The translations under genes were made by a program, and so were the position numbers. Shown here piece by piece: positions 38,760 to 52,566 of a DNA stretch of 64,000 bases; position 1 is the first letter of the stretch; every line of letters begins with the position of its first letter. The stretch covers positions 193,828,107-193,892,106 of the forward strand of contig NC_085844.1 in assembly GCF_035594765.1 (NCBI RefSeq), given 5' to 3'. A model generated the notes under the pieces. It searched no databases. It was given only the letters and a program-made list of their open reading frames with translations, and was not told where the DNA came from. This DNA is from Anolis carolinensis (Eukaryota).

Positions 38760-39960
38760 ATAAAACTAATCATAGTATCAAGACAATTCAGAATTATGCT
38801 TAATGAAATTAATACACCTTTAGCCTACTCTTTCAAAACCGTCTGATTTAAAAGTGCCAAGATAAAAAGGATTTTCCCAGTCAATGGAAAGACAAGGAGA
38901 GTATCATTCTTGCTTTTCTCTGAAGGATTTCTTTATCTAGGGGCAGCCACTGGGAAGTCCCTATCTTGCATTCCACCAACTGTGATGAATGGTAATAAAA
39001 TGGAGAGAAGGCTCTCACTTGATAGCTTAGAGCCCAGATAGGCACATACAGGGAGATACAGACTTCCAGATAGCCTAGACATGAGCCATATAGCGGTTCA
39101 TATATCACATCCAGGACTTTTAGTTTTGCTCAGGAAGAAACTGGCACCAGTGGAACTATTTAACAGGGAAATAGTATGGTAATTTTAATTTGCTCTGGTT
39201 AACATTCTGGTTGCAGCCCTTTCTACTAGTTAATTTTGAAAACGTTCTTCGAAAGCTTGTTACAGTATTTCAAACAGGATGTATCGTAACTAAGGTATCG
39301 CCAGATCCTGTGTCTCAAGGAACGGGGACAGTTGGTGCATAAGATGTGCAAAAACACTATTGGCTTCCAGGTTCAAAGCTGCGTCCAGGAGTATTCACAA
39401 ATGTTCAAGCTTTAAGGGGGCCTGTAACCCACATCTAACACAAGCTATTGCCTGATCTGCCTTTTGACTGATTAGGGTCACCTTTGTCATGTTTGGATTA
39501 AGTTTCAATATGGTTGTCCTCATCCAGTCCATTACTTGCCGACAACAGGCTGCTTTAGAATTGAGAAAGCTTCTTTAAATTGAGGTGGAAAAGAGTAATG
39601 AAGCTGAGTGTCATCCACATATTGATGGCTTCTCAATCCAAGTGGATGACCTGTGTCAGCAATTTTGTTATCTGTGTGTGTTAAATGGATTGGGTGGGAA
39701 AAAAAGAGTCCTGAGGGACCCCACATGCCAAAGGCTAGGACATTAAACAGAAGTCCTCATCCATCACCTTTTGGATTGCTCTCCCTTGGAAGGAAAAGAG
39801 CCACCATAAAACTATGCCTCTAGGTCCCATCCAATGAGGCAGTGCAGAAGGGTATTGTAGTTGATATTCTCAAAAGTTTTTGAAAAATCCAGCAGAACTA
39901 AGATACATTCTTGTCCAATTCTCAGCATAGGCCATCCTCCATGGTGATTTAAGTGGTCCC
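38760..39960 (-). mobile_element. Degenerate L2 LINE
   Basis: ORF 39532..39726 HQYVDDTQL; GVPQ-like and DLSKTF-like remnants. Confidence 0.75.
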
Positions 39961-41268
39961 TGGGCACATTTACACTGTATAATTAATGCAGTTTGACACC
40001 ATTTTAAATGCTTCAGCACAATGGAATTATGAGACTAGCCAAAGAATGCTAGATCACCCTAGGTTCTATAACCAGATTGAAACGGTATCAAAATTATATG
40101 CTTTCTTTTTGCATAGTAACTCCTCTAAATCAAAAGAACCAATTTTCAGATTCAAGTGTTGATCTGGACCTTTCTCGCCATTGTGCTTCAAGATCTGCCA
40201 TCACTAGCATATTGTGCTTTGTCAATATTGATTCAGTAGACACATTCCCTGAAGACACAAAAGAACCTCAGCTGTGGAATCTTGTGAGCATCCAGCCTCC
40301 TTTTGGTCTTAGCAAGTGCAAGACTGTTGTTGATGTCAGAACAAAAAATAATGCCCTCAAGACATCCATCTGATTAGCTGGTGCTGCAAACATGCTGGTC
40401 AAATTTAAGAACATATTTCCAAATTTAAGAAGCCCGAAAAGCAGTTACAGATAAATTTCTATTTCAGCTAAGTTATAAACCTAATGAACAGACTGTGTAC
40501 AAAATGCAGACAAATGTCAGCATTACATCATGCTTGGCAACTGATATGTTTGCATTTCTTGCTACTATCTGTTAATCTAAATTTGAATGGCAATTCAATA
40601 GTTACATTAGAAAACATTAACAGGATGCATTAGCACAGTTTTATAGTCACCAGTTACAAATACGTTATTTCAAACATGGCCTGGTAGAATACCAAAATCC
40701 TGTTCACTCACTAAAAATTATAACCTGGCTTTGACAGGCTAAGAAATGTGCTATATTTTTCCTCTTAAAAGTCAAGTCATGAGTTCAGCACAATGATTTC
40801 TGTACCAAATACTCAATGCACCAGCAATGCATTTCTTTTCCATAATACCTCCCATCTGAGTCACAACCATATGGGCTAAAATAGTATTCACCTATTTAAT
40901 ACCAAGAAAACCTCTAATCTTCAAAAAGCATTGTGTAACAATTATTTTTTGTAATGTATCAGTTTCATGTACAAAAAAACAACACTTGTCTCCATATCAA
41001 TTAGCACAGGCCTCTCTCAAAATGTATGTGATAGGCTGTGATTAATTGACGAAAAGGGGATTTGTTATAAAGAACTGTTGCAATCCTTGTGAGAGCTACT
41101 AGTGCCAGAATTTGAAAAAAAATGCTCAAGAACTTTTCATTTAAGGGCTATCTTAATAGAATATGGTTGTTGTACTTGCAGAAAAATTAACCAGCCATTT
41201 TTTTTGTATGATGAAAGCAAAAATGAAATAGGATTACTTTGCAGAAACCCAGCACAGATTCTCTAAAG

Positions 41269-41397
41269 CAGTGGTTCTCAACTTGGGCTCCCCAGATGTT
41301 TTTGGCCTTCCAGAAAGCCTAACAGCTGGTAAACTGGCTGAGACTTCTGGGAGTTGTAGGCCCAAAACATCTGGGGACCCCAGGTTGAGAACCACTG
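41269..41397. mobile_element. SPIN-like hAT MITE
   Basis: TIRs plus perfect TSD ctctaaag. Confidence 0.92.
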
Positions 41398-42599
41398 CTC
41401 TAAAGAAACTACTTTAGAGAAAGAAAAGTGAAAATATGTCTCCCTGGAAAATGTGTATCAGCATAGTTCCACTGTGTCTAGGTTTTTTGAAATACAGTAC
41501 TGCAATCCAGCCTTGCAAAGGCTTTTTATAGCATCTTCACATCATGCAACATCTAGTGGCCAAATTATATATTGCATCTAAGCTGTATTACAGTACCGAT
41601 TTCAGTCTTCAATTTCTTAAAAAGGAGGAAGAGAGATGGGGAAAAGAATGTGGCAGCACCTTTAAGACTTACTGGTTTTTACTTTAGCCTAAGCTTTGTG
41701 GATATAAATTCACTTTCTTAAATTCACTTTCTTGTATGGGTTTTATCCCAAAATACAACCACTGACAATTTACAAGCATATTGGTTAGCAGCAAAGACTT
41801 CGTTAACCAGGTCCTTTTTATCTCTCTTAGTTTAGCTCTCTCGGGAACAGAATGAAAATTGTGGTCCATGACACAGTTTTTGTAAAGCTTAAACGATGGG
41901 ACTGAAAAACTTATAAATCGAAGACTGATGTCCCAAACCATTACTTCAGTCTACCAAGTTAATAAGTAGCTGTTAACTTTTGTAAGACAGAAAACTCAAC
42001 AATTATTAGGTGTACTGCTTCTTCAGCCTCTAAAACTATGAACCAATGAAACTCAACATTTGAGATAAGATTCTCCCACACACATCCCCCTGGCATGTTA
42101 ATCTACTTCCAGAACCCAGATTCACACAGAGGATGCATGTGTATAATATGGGGACTGGTGTTGAAGATCAGCAGGATTTTGGGAGAATGACTATAGGAGA
42201 GAAATCTTTCCCAATCCCCATCCAGTCAATAGCTTTGTCTGCAGCCCAAACTGTTGGAAATCTTTCAAATGTATAGGGAAGATTGGCCTTGCTATGTGGC
42301 TTCCAAGTTATTTCTGAAATATGCGACTATCACTAGATTTGTTTAGAGTTTGCCATTGCTTTCTTCTGAAGCAGAGTATGCAACGTCCAAGGTTTTTCAG
42401 TGGGTTTCCGCAATCCAGTGGGGATTCAAACACTGCTGTCCCAGAGTCCCAGTCCACCACTCAAACCACTATACCATGATGGCTGATTTAGGAATCCCTA
42501 TGGAGTCGTTTTCGTCTTGGGTTTACAGCCTACTTGGGTTTCTTGGGTTTACAGCCTACATTTGAAAGTAAGGCACAGAAGCCAGAAACTAACAGATGC

Positions 42600-42800
42600 T
42601 TTGTATTGTCAAAGGCTTTCATGGCTGGAATCGGGGGGGGGGGGGGGGGATGGTTTCCAGGCCATGTGGCCATATTCTAGCAGCAATTTCTCCTGATGTT
42701 TCACCTGCATTTGTGGCTAGCATCTTCATAGATGCAGGCTAAAGTCAGGAGAAAATGCTGCTAGAACATGGCCATACAGCCCAGAAACCACATAATACCC
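42600..42800. mobile_element. Penelope terminal fragments in inverted arrangement
   Basis: tggccatattctagcagc...gctgctagaacatggcca palindrome, ~80 bp downstream of the RPS10 poly(A) signal. Confidence 0.7.
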
Positions 42801-42874
42801 CGACAGATGTTTTGTTATTTCAGAATGGTACATTAAATAATTCAAAGATACAAACAGTGATTTTTTTTCACCTT

Positions 42875-42880
42875 TTTATT
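42875..42880 (-). terminator. RPS10 polyadenylation signal AATAAA
   Basis: tttatt on + strand 33 nt after the stop codon, fitting the short 3'UTR typical of ribosomal protein genes. Confidence 0.85.
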
Positions 42881-42913
42881 ATACACAAGATGCAACCAAA
42901 CAGCAACAGGATT

Positions 42914-42955
42914 CTACTGAGGTGGCTGTCCACGTCCACGCCCAAATCCACCTCT
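42914..42955 (-). CDS. RPS10: RPS10 (eS10) last coding exon (exon 6)
   Basis: tttgcag|AGA GGT GGA TTT...; RGGFGRGRGQPPQ* with TAG at 42916-42914. Confidence 0.97.
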   Translation of the reverse strand, partial: RGGFGRGRGQPPQ

Positions 42956-44050
42956 CTGCAAAAAAATAAAAAAAATAAAAAATCACAATATATGTGTCAT
43001 TGCCTCCAAAATGATGACAACTTTATACTCTCTAAGACTAGATGACTTAATATTGATGGGCAGCTAAGGGGACAACTAAGCAAAACTTTGACTATATGGA
43101 TAACACTCTGCTTTAGAAAGCAAACCTGCAGCTCAAAACATTTGTAAGCAGACTTTCCGATCATACTGTATCTCCTTCTGGCTAATAACAAACTCTTTAA
43201 AATGTATTTATTGAACTGCTCAAGCAAGTACACTATTGAACCTTATAGCAGTTCATTTGAAAATGCTCAACAATACTAGCGTTTTTCAGCCATATCACAT
43301 AGGGACGGATTTGCCATAAATGAAAGAAACCCTCCAGAAATCATGAAGTAGCCTTTAAATTGTTAAAAGTAAACACATTGCAAAAAATATATATAGGAAA
43401 AAGTACTTCAAGTATAAAATAGATGATCTATGCTAGCAAAGTCTCCTTTAAAATAGGTTCGTATCCTTGTTTCTCATTAGCAAAGAACTATGCACTTCTT
43501 GTCTGATGATATGACTGCACTCTTCTACCTGTATTGGTAATTCTCAACTAAACACTCTTTAGTTATCTTTGACAGCAAAAGAAATGTGCATTTGGGACCA
43601 GTAGCTATTATGCATGACAAATTGCCTGTAACTACACCTTGCCCGAAGTCTATATTATCCAATTTGGTCAAGGTGCTACAACGGATTTCTGTGGCCAAGG
43701 GGGGATTTGAACCTTGGGCACCCAGAGATCTTTTCCAGCACTCAGATTAGCATTACATCATAGCAAATAGGGTTTCTTGGTAAGATTTGTTCAGTAAAGG
43801 CTTGCTGTTGTCTTCCTCTGAGATAAGAGTCTGACTTGGGTTTCACATCCGAGCGGAGATCAAGCCCTTGTCTCAATCCTATGCTCAAACTACTACTCCA
43901 TGCTGGCTCCTATAATAAATTATTACCAGGTTCTGTAAATGGAATGCCTATAGTTGCTCCTACAGTAAGAACAGTATCTAAACAGGAAGGGTATATATGC
44001 CATGCTTCCAAACTATCTTGTTTAAGTGACATGTTCCACATGATACTCAC

Positions 44051-44106
44051 AAACTGGAATTCAGTAGCTGCCCCAGCACCAGCTTCTGCCTTCTTGTCAG
44101 CACCAG
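44051..44106 (-). CDS. RPS10: RPS10 exon 5
   Basis: cacag|CT GGT GCT GAC AAG AAG...TTT|gtgagt; (S)GADKKAEAGAGAATEFQF; includes K138/K139; ends in phase 0. Confidence 0.97.
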
Positions 44107-44479
44107 CTGTGAAGGAAAAAGACTAAAGTTACTCAGGATAATGAAACAGCCATATATAAAGTTCTGTCATCCTCAGAAAAACTAATTGTATTATTCTCAG
44201 AGCCCAAAGATGATTATCATTTTAACACATGCATTCTTGAACTTGGAGCTCACCACAACTTCAAAGACTATCTCTACCTCACCCATCTCAAACCTGAAGG
44301 TTAGAACTGGAGCATCTCTGTCTTGCATTATACTTTCAAAAACATCTTACCAGGGCCAAGCAAGACTTGCAGTGTTCCCCCCAATCTTCAATACTGAGGG
44401 TTGCAATCCATAAAGTTAAGCTGCAATAAAACAGGAGAAAACTGTATTTGGATAGCCTCTTCTTTTGACCTTGCAGTTA

Positions 44480-44605
<126 letters not shown>

Positions 44606-46970
44606 TCACTACACTCCCCAAGTTGGCACGTTATGCTTCAACATTAATAAATCAATCACTTTCTTTCTTTCTTGAAGACAGTATAGCCAAAACTGAATTA
44701 CTTCATAATGACAGTTGACTTTGTTCAAAGTCCAAACTAACTTCACAACAGTTGAATGCAAGTCTCCTTATACCTGCATGCATCACACCACAATCCAATC
44801 TAACACACTGGAATGTAGGCCAAACTACCATTATTTTCCTTAGACAGCATACATTTTATGTTGCCTCTAAGCTTCTTTCTCAACGTTAAACTCACCCTTT
44901 TCGGGGTAGAGAAAAGTGGGGTATAAATAGGGTACATAAATAAATAAAATAGATGAAAAAAATATACGATTGCTTATCAACAGAGAACTGATTTCCCATG
45001 ATGTAGATGAATGAGAAATGTTAAGTATAATTAGCAGAAATGTATTAAGTTATATACGCATTCTGAGGGATGCAAACCAAGGCTAATAAAATTACTAGTG
45101 CACAGCTGAGTTGTTTTAGAAAGGTCCACAATTTCTATAAAATCCAGTGCTTCTCTGTGTGCTATTAAAGTTAATGATTTCAAATACAGAAAACATGAGA
45201 AGCATCACTTACATTTTAGGACATGAATTGAAAGCTATCAACCAAAATCACGTAGACTCACATTATCTTAAAGTTTTTCTTAAACAAAGATAAGGAATGT
45301 GTCCTTTAATTAAGAGAAACCTATCCTTCAGACTGCCAAGACCCACTCGATGTCTTTGAGCAACTCATCATTTGGCAGTCAAACCAACTATTTTAATACC
45401 AGCTGTGGATAAAAGATGCAGCAGGAACAAGGTTGGTAAATTTCCTCATAAAGAGTGAGGAAAAATCCACCCATCAAAGAATTATATGGGACCTAAACAA
45501 CAGTCACCTTACAGGCCTGATGTCCTACCAGGACAAACTCCACAGTGAGGACCATTTTGCAAGGCAACTTGACATTGACAAGATGGCTTTGACATGAGCT
45601 ACAACAGTTTCAAAACTCTGTACAACAGTTGTATCCTGAGAACATGTCTCCCTTCCCCTGTAAGTCTGAAAGCAGACTGGATGTTAAATTATCAGGAATG
45701 GTTTATGTTGAAGAAAACTTTTTCTTTTTTAGATACACCGCCGGAAGGTCTGGAGACAAATTCAATAGAGAACTCTTGAGACAATGCTACAAAAATTCTT
45801 AGCTACATTCCACATTTATTATTTATGAAACAAAAATTCTATTTGTAACATAATAAAAGCTTTTCTTAAACTTTAAAGTATCACTTAACCTACATCATTA
45901 GATAGGAGACATGTGTACAAGCACGTGTACACATCACTGTGTACAAATTTAGGTAGTACAATTCAAATCATTTATGATCCTGTTGTAAGTATACCAAATC
46001 CATTGTTTCTAATAATGTTAGCAGTCTGGGCAGCACCAAGACATTTATGGTAATTTACAAGACCAAAGATCTTTTAGGACTGCTGGTTCTGAGTAAGGTA
46101 GGTAAGTAAAATTAGAAATACTTTAAATTTTCATTTAAAAAGTTCTTAGCAACTGCTGAGGTTTTGTTCCAGCACCTCCCAATGATACCAAAGTCCATGG
46201 ACGCTTAAGTCTCATGGTATACAATGTAGTAAAATGACATCCCTTATACAAAATGGCAAAACCAAGATTTGTTATTTGAAATTTATTGTTGGAAATTTTC
46301 AAACTGTGGATTGTTGAATACAGAGGGCCAACTGTACTACTTTATAGGTTCAGTGTAATAAAGCTGCCCTGAATCTTGAAAATGTAAATCTCATGAAAAC
46401 TTATGGCATTTTGCAGAAATGCTGTTAATTTATTTGCTAAATACAGTAGAGGAAAAATATTAGTTGACCAAGTTGGCTCAGAGCACAGACATATTCCAAA
46501 AACAAGGGCCTAATAGGAAGATTTTAACACACCCGTAGTATACTGTACTTAGCTGTACATAGAATTTAACGTATTTGCATACAAATTATCAGGAAAATGG
46601 GGAAAACTGACCTTCCAGATGATTATGGATATGAGTATCCATCAGCACCATCGAGCATGGCCAATGGTCATGGATAACGCAAATTTTAGTTAAAAAAACA
46701 AACTATGGTGTTCACAGGTTCTCCACCCATTTTAGAGTTTGATCCTCTCTTTGTTAATCAGATTACATCGTAGCACCATGCTAGTCTTAACTACTATTTT
46801 ACGCTGTTCGTATCTTATCTCTGAGCTGCTTGAGGCCCTTCTGAGCGAGGGAATTTTAAATAGAAAAAATTAAATGAATTCTTGATTTATATTTTGTTTT
46901 GTCAAGAAAACAAATTATATTATTTTATTTGTAGATTAATGTCAAAGTCAAATGTGGTTTCTTCAAGTCA

Positions 46971-47150
<180 letters not shown>

Positions 47151-47197
47151 CTAGAAACAGACCAGTTAATCCATATACAGAAATATTAGTAAGATTA

Positions 47198-47512
47198 CAC
47201 TACGTAACACGGTTTTTGTTCCTGGGTTATAAATGTAATTTCCTAATTGGTTTTATCATGAAAACATGGAAAAAGTTTATTAAACTACAAAAACTTTGTT
47301 TTTGCAGGACATCCTGCAACACCTTTTGATGTAGTTTTTCAATGAATATCTCAGTCTAAACCAATTCAACATAGTTTGTGGCAGACACAAAAACAAAGTT
47401 TCTGGAGTACAGTATAACAACTACTTTCAAAGTAAGTACAGTATAGCAGAATTTAACAGGAAATAACATTTCAAACCGGAAATAGCTTTTTTCCAAATTT
47501 TGTTACATAGTG
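47198..47512. mobile_element. Non-autonomous DNA transposon with CACT termini (Chapaev3-like)
   Basis: TIRs cactacgtaaca / tgttacatagtg, flanked by tta / ata. Confidence 0.6.
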
Positions 47513-47612
47513 ATATTTAAAATACTCTAATAGAAGTAATGTTAGATCCTGAAGGAAACAGGGAGAGAAAGCAGAAGATTATGATCTGTTTTGAAATGAC
47601 TACTGTGGATTA

Positions 47613-48072
47613 CAGGCAGTCCCCGAGTTACAAATATCTAATTTACAAACAACCCATAGTTAAGAATGGAAGTGAGATAACTGCAAGTGAGTGAAATGTT
47701 TCCAAGGGAAATTCATTTCTGAAAGTTATCATAGAGAAAGGGGGTCTCTACTAAAGCTATATCTCAGATCCTTGTTTCTACAACAAACCAAATTTTTCAA
47801 AATCCAATTATCACAGGGACAGAAAGTGAGGTGAAATCTTCTGAACATGGGCACAGACAGCAAAACAAACTCCACAGGGGTGTTAGGCCTTCCCTATACT
47901 ATCCAAACCAGGTGTGTGTACACACACACACATATATATACATACACACACACCCCTACATCCGTATATTTGGCTGGAGTTATACTTAAAAATGTAAATT
48001 CCGACTTGTATAAAATTTAGCTTAAGAACAAACCTACAGAACCTATCTTGTTCATACCTTAGCGACTGCCTG
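47613..48072. mobile_element. Tc1/mariner (Tigger-like) non-autonomous element
   Basis: TA|caggcagtcc...gactgcctg|TA. Confidence 0.85.
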
Positions 48073-48637
48073 TATATATAAGTGTTTAGAGGAACCTGCA
48101 AAACAGCAATTAGCTGGCATGGTTGCAATCTCTCCTGCCTCTATGCTGACAGCCTAAAATTACTAAATCATATCCAAGGCTTCTGAACAAAGATCCTGTC
48201 TTAATGCCAACGTATACGAGATCCAATTTAGAATTATTGCTTCATATACCTTTTATTTCATTCATAAAACAGGGTTAGGTATCTCATGACCCTACAGACA
48301 TAGCTAAACTGCACTTCCTACCACCTGAACATTAACTATGATATGAAGTTGCAATTCAACAATACCTGTGAATTACCCATTCATGCAGATAAAAGCTACA
48401 TGGCAAACAAAGGTTTATGCATCTTAATACAGAGGGCAGAATTTAATTGGGCATTATCCATTTTCGAAGAAAAAGTTGCCACTCCTAAAGCAATTTCGAC
48501 CACACCACTATTAGGAGGGCAGATGCCATATCCTACTTTGCTTCTGTTTTTTCTCTCTTCCTGCCCACCTCAACTTCTTTGGCATTAAAGTCAACAAAAA
48601 GCAAATAGTGACAATTTCCCACAACTGATGCAACTCA

Positions 48638-48841
<204 letters not shown>

Positions 48842-49068
48842 TCAACAGCAGCCACTTCTCTAATACAAAGGAACATAAACTCCAAGCTTTGTCTATATGA
48901 GCCACACAGGCTAACTAAACACTGTATGCGGCAAGTGGCACATATATGGCCCATACTTAAATCCTGGACTGCTGCACTATAAAAAAAAAGGTAAACAGGT
49001 CCCACTGTAAGAAGTTCCTTCTTTCAAGATGAAATCATGATTACTCTATGACTAGAGTGTGCACACAC

Positions 49069-49442
49069 CAGAGATCCTCAAACTAAGACCTGCAGGCCAG
49101 ATGCAGTCCTCCAAGTCCATTTACCCGACCCTCACCATAAACTTTAGACTCAGGGGCACCCTAAGTCTGAAACAACTTGAAGGCACACAACAATCATCCT
49201 AATTAACTTGACTATCTCATCAGTCAAAAGCAGGCCCACACTTCCCATTGAAATACTGGTAAGTTTATGTTGGTTAAAATTGTTCTTCGTTTTAAATATT
49301 GCATTTTTTTCATTTTTAAATGCTACAAATAGGATATGTGCAGTATGTGTAGGAATTCACTCACTTTTTTCAAATTATAGTCTGGCCCAGCAACAGTCTG
49401 AGGGACTGTGACCCTCTGCTTTAAATGTTTTGAGGACCCTTG
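49069..49442. mobile_element. hAT (Charlie/OC1-like) non-autonomous element
   Basis: cagagatcctcaaact...tttgaggacccttg. Confidence 0.7.
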
Positions 49443-49814
49443 GTGTATACTAGAATTTGTGTAGTTTTGACTCCAGTTTAACAGCCATGGATCAATGCTA
49501 TGAATGCTATGAAACCCTTGGAATTGTAGTTGAGTCAGACACCTGCATTTTTGGCACAGAAGGTTAAAGATTTTGTGAAACTATAACTCCAATGATCCCA
49601 TAGCTTTAAACCATGGCAGTTAAATGGTGCCAAACTGCAGTGCAGATGCACCCTGTGTCTCTTAAAACAGCCTGTTTCCAATAAGTTCCACTGAATTCTT
49701 TTAAATGGAAATGAAAAGAAATCTAAAGCTGGGATATTGGGAAACTAAACTAAGGGAACTCCCCCTGGTATTATAATTGCGTACCAAGTACAAAACAAAT
49801 CCCATTAAAGAACA

Positions 49815-50295
49815 AGGTGTTTCGAAGGCTTCCATGGCTGGAATCACTAAGTTGCTGTGAGTTTTCTAGGCTGTATGGCCATGTTCCAGAAGCATTCTCT
49901 CTTGACATTTCACCCACATCTATGACAGACATCCTCAAAGGTTGTAACATGGTCTGTTGGAAAATAGGCAAACGGGGTTTACATATCTGTGGAATATCCA
50001 GAGTGGGAGAAACAACTGTCTGCCTGAAGCAAGTGTGAATGTTGCAATTAACTTGATTAGCATTAAATAGCCTTGCAGCTTCAAAGCCTGGCTACTTCCT
50101 GCCTGGGGGATTCTTTGTTGGGAGGTGTTAGCTGACCCTGATTGTTTCTTGTCTTCCACATATTTATAATCCCCACTTGCCTAGTTTCCAACAGACTTTA
50201 CAACCTCTGAGGATGCCTGCCATAGATGTGGGCAAAATGTCAGGAGAGAATGTTGCTGGAACATGGCCATATAGCCCAGAAATCTCACAGCAACA
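49815..50295. mobile_element. Penelope 3'/terminal fragments, inverted pair, in RPS10 intron 1
   Basis: Terminal sequence on - (49815-50150) and on + (50155-50295), each with a mutated hammerhead core. Confidence 0.85.
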
Positions 50296-50949
50296 TAAAG
50301 AACAAGGTGTTCAATTCAGCATTTGCTGCAACAAAACATCACACACGGTGACAAAGGAAACTCCATGTGTATTTACTTGGAAGTAAGCCTCATTAAACAT
50401 TGTGGAGCTTGCTACCAATCCAGCATGCACAAAATGGGGACATTGTTTCAGGATCACAATATAGGTTTCATCAGTGGAATGCTCTTTGTTGCCATTGGTC
50501 GCATTTGGCCTTTGTTTTAAAACCATGAAATGACTCTGGCTACCATTCAATCTCTGGGTGGATCTACAGTGCAGTATTAATGCAATTTGACACTACTTTT
50601 AATTGCCTCGACCCAATGCTATCGAATCCTAGAAGTTGTAGTTTGGTGAGGTACCAGCACTCTTTGGCAGAGGCTAAGGACTTACAACTTCCAGGACTCC
50701 ATAGCACTGAGCTAAGCGGCTGATGGGGAAAAGGAAGGGGCCTGAGGCTATTAGGAATGATGGGAGTTGAAATCCAAAACACCTGGACGGCCCAAGTTCG
50801 CCCATGCCTGATATAGATGCATCCCGATTACTTTTAAGTAAGCTTATAATGTCCAGTCCATGCTGCTTCCCAGGAGAATTTCCATCCGGGCATTTAGACC
50901 CGCATCTAATTCTACTATGTTTTCCGTAGCCACGGTCTGGATTTAAAGA

Positions 50950-51290
50950 ATTGCCGCCTTCCGCCCGGTCGCCCAATTCTCCCGGTTTCCATCTCCCTTC
51001 TCCCCCTCCGGCCAAAACGAGACCCGCAGAACGGAAGGAGACCGTGTCCGGAACTGAAAGGGAGGGCAGCCGGATCGGCCACCGGCAGGATGCCGGCGAT
51101 GTAAGAGAGATACAATGGCCAGAGCTAGGCCTTACCGTGGCGGCAGCGGCGGGCTCGATCGCTGGAAAGGACGGAGCATGCGCAGTGAGATCTCTTCCTG
51201 CTTTGGAAGGACCCCGGCCCTTAGCGAGAGCGGCTATCCCAATGCCTGAGAGCTTGTAGTCTATCTTCGCCTGTAAGCTTGGAGGGGTAT
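50950..51290 (-). promoter_or_regulatory. RPS10 CpG-island promoter
   Basis: CpG-dense; NRF1-like TGCGCATGCT at ~51176-51185, ETS/GABP-like CAGGAAG at ~51194-51200, YY1-like AATGGCC at the start of intron 1 (~51114-51120). This architecture is typical of ribosomal protein promoters. Confidence 0.8.
51136..51170 (-). other. RPS10: RPS10 non-coding exon 1 with 5'TOP start
   Basis: Pyrimidine start CCTTTCCAG at 51170, GC-rich body, donor CACG|gtaag at 51135; the exact TSS is inferred. Confidence 0.85.
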
Positions 51291-51324
51291 AGGTGGCTGT
51301 GAAAAACGCCTGATCAGAGTTACC

Positions 51325-51450
51325 CTGAATTGAGTTGCTGTGAGATTTCCGGGCTGTATGGCCATGTTCCAGAAGCATTCTCTCCTGACGTTTTGCCCAC
51401 ATCTATGGCAGGCATCCTCAGAGGTAGTGAGGTATATTGGAAACTAGGTC
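51325..51450 (-). mobile_element. Penelope terminal fragment
   Basis: Close match to 36815-36935. Confidence 0.85.
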
Positions 51451-51454
51451 ATTG

Positions 51455-51882
51455 AGGTTCCCTGTAATAACTTATGGATGCGAGAGCTGGACCATAAGGC
51501 TGGCTGAGCGAAGGAAGATAGACGCTTTTGAACTGTGGTGTTGGAAGCAAATTCTGAGAGTTCCTTGGACTGCAAAAAAGATCAAACCAGCCCATACTCC
51601 AGGAAATAATGCCCAACTACTCACTGGAGGGAAGAATATTAGAGGCAAAGATGAAGTACTTTGGCCACGTAATGAGAAGACAGGAAAGCTTGGAGAAGAT
51701 AATGATGCTGAGGAAAATGGAAGGAAAAAGGAAGAGAGGCCGACCAAGGGCAAGATGGTATCCTTGAAGTGACTGGCTTGACCTTGAAGGAGCTGGGCGT
51801 GGCGACAGCTGGCAGGGAGTTCCATTGTGGGCTGGTCCATGAGGTCACAAAGAGTCGGAAGGGACTGAACAAATAAACAACA
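51455..51882 (+). mobile_element. RTE-BovB LINE 3' fragment
   Basis: FPVITYGCESWTIRLAERRKIDAFELWCWKQILRVPWTA in ORF 51437..51772; (aac)-type tail. Confidence 0.92.
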
Positions 51883-52193
51883 AAGTGACTACAAGATGAA
51901 ACTATCACTGGCCAGATTTGTTCAGAGGGGGTTTGTCCTTGCCTTCTTCTGAGACTGAAAGAGCATGACTGGTCTAAGGCTAACTACTGGGTTTGAACCC
52001 AGGTCTATCAAATGTCCTAGTCCAACAGTCAAATCACTACATTACACTGGCTGTTCCTTTCTACTATATTTTACTTCATAAATAACAAGATGTAAGATAT
52101 ACAGAAAAGGTTTTGAATCAGGCCGAACTGGACCTGATCTAGATGTCCAGGCTGCACCAAAGCTGCAGGATACGCTAACTTTAAAGACACTTT

Positions 52194-52566
52194 GGCCCCA
52201 TCTACATTTCCATATAACGCAATTTGGAACTGCATTCTATGGGCAGTGTAAACTCATATAATGCAGTAGCTGCTTAAACCGCGTTATACGAGTCTGCACC
52301 AGGCATGGGTAAACTTCAGCCCTCTGAGTGTTTTGTTGGACTTCAACTCCCACAATTCCTGACAGCCTCAGACCCTTTCCTTTCCCCTTCAGCCACTCAG
52401 CTTAAGTGACAGGGGGGGGGGGGGGGGAGGAAAAGGCCTGAGGTTGTTAGGAATTGTGGGAGTTGGAGTTCAAAACTCCTGGAGGGACAAAGTTTGCCCA
52501 TGCCTGGTCTATACTGACCATAGGCTACAGTTCCAAACTTCATTATATGTCAGTGAAGATGGGGCC
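52194..52566. mobile_element. Harbinger-like MITE with nested hAT MITE (52300-52506)
   Basis: Outer TIR ggccccatctaca/tgaagatggggcc; inner TIR caggcatggg.aaactt with TSD gtctgcac/gtctatac. Confidence 0.8.

Noticed and set aside
50674-51402. 242-aa minus ORF across the RPS10 promoter
   Set aside because: Mosaic of Penelope, CpG island and hAT MITE sequence; non-ATG start inside a repeat.
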